This document shows positions 63,226 to 64,000 of a stretch of 64,000 bases of DNA, piece after piece; the first letter of the stretch is position 1, and each line of letters opens with the position of its first letter. The position numbers and the translations under genes were made by a program. The stretch lies in NCBI RefSeq assembly GCF_006345805.1, contig NC_043022.1, forward strand, positions 8,308,001-8,372,000, given 5' to 3'. The notes under the pieces are model-generated. The model made no database searches. It was not told the origin of the DNA and saw nothing but the letters and a program-made list of their open reading frames with translations. The stretch is from Octopus sinensis. Taxonomy: Eukaryota.

Positions 63226-64000
63226 TTGGATATAAACGTAAGATATAGCAAGCATTACCCAAGTTAGAGACACAAATGTCAATACATGATCTAAATGAAG
63301 TTAGCATAGCCAAAGGCCTTCCTGTTAATACAAATATCTCTGTATCGTCTATGTCGGTGTGTGTGTGTGTGTGTGTGTGTGTTTATTCGTTTCTCTTTTT
63401 CCCTTCTCTTCACGTCTCGTCTTTCTCACAGTCCGGTCCAGGAACTTCGTCTTTTCGTGTTATTTTACTAGTTTTACTTTTCTTGTTCGTGATCATCTTT
63501 AGATTAGTATACGTATCCAATTGTCCAACAATGGTGGTTGGATTCGTCACGATCGATGTATTACTTCACTACCTTACCAGCTTCAAATTTTACCTCAAGA
63601 CGGTGGATTGTATGTTATGATGTAATCTATGAACACATTAATAAAATTTTACTGAAACAGTTGTTGTAAATTTTAAACCCCACTTGTGTTTTCTATTATC
63701 AGAGTTTAAACTGTCTTAATTGGATTTGGTACTTACATATCTACAGTAACCTACCAAAACTTGATACATACATTGTTGTTTACCTCACTATGAACCCTGT
63801 GTTATGGTCCCTAGTCATTTCTGGCGTCCTACGTATTGATGTGCGTGCGCAGATTATTTCCAATCATCCCTCTATTCCCCCACTTCTCTCTCTCATATAT
63901 ATATATATACATATATATATATTACCTCATAAGATGTGTTTGAAAAATTAAACAGCAAAAAACGTAACTCACGATGCTAAAACTTCCTTCCAATACGTTC

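Overview
Eukaryotic, extremely repeat-rich animal DNA. The microsatellite load and SINE families match my recollection of octopus (coleoid cephalopod) genomes; this is an inference. Only one host gene is supported: the first coding exon of a FoxJ2/3 forkhead transcription factor (38727-39494, + strand). It ends at a GTAAGT donor after ...GNGWK, and I did not find the rest of the forkhead domain in the remaining ~24.5 kb, so that stretch is probably intron. Everything else is microsatellite or transposon-derived. (1) At least three tRNA-headed SINE groups with shuffled modules. (2) A ~420-bp MITE family with 29-bp GG-terminated TIRs, 8-bp TSDs and internal telomeric (CCCTAA)n, in 9 copies. (3) Mariner MITEs and a fold-back mariner derivative. 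(4) hAT and pogo-like MITEs. (5) Non-autonomous Helitrons and a tandemly duplicated Helitron helicase relic. (6) Tx1/L1-like and HERO-like LINE fragments and a Penelope-like RT/GIY-YIG relic. (7) Two dispersed repeats whose sequence folds as a minimal Penelope-type hammerhead ribozyme with a degenerate core. A 100-N assembly gap lies at 62929-63028. Nearly all ORFs in the supplied track are artefacts of simple repeats or SINEs. I found no clearly new multi-gene system. The best leads are the hammerhead-like repeats, the telomere-repeat MITE, the fold-back mariner, the Helitron tandem array and a ~110-bp hairpin element concentrated in the FoxJ2/3 intron. Family names come from recalled motifs, not database searches. 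Coordinates were read by hand, and SINE/LINE boundaries are approximate.
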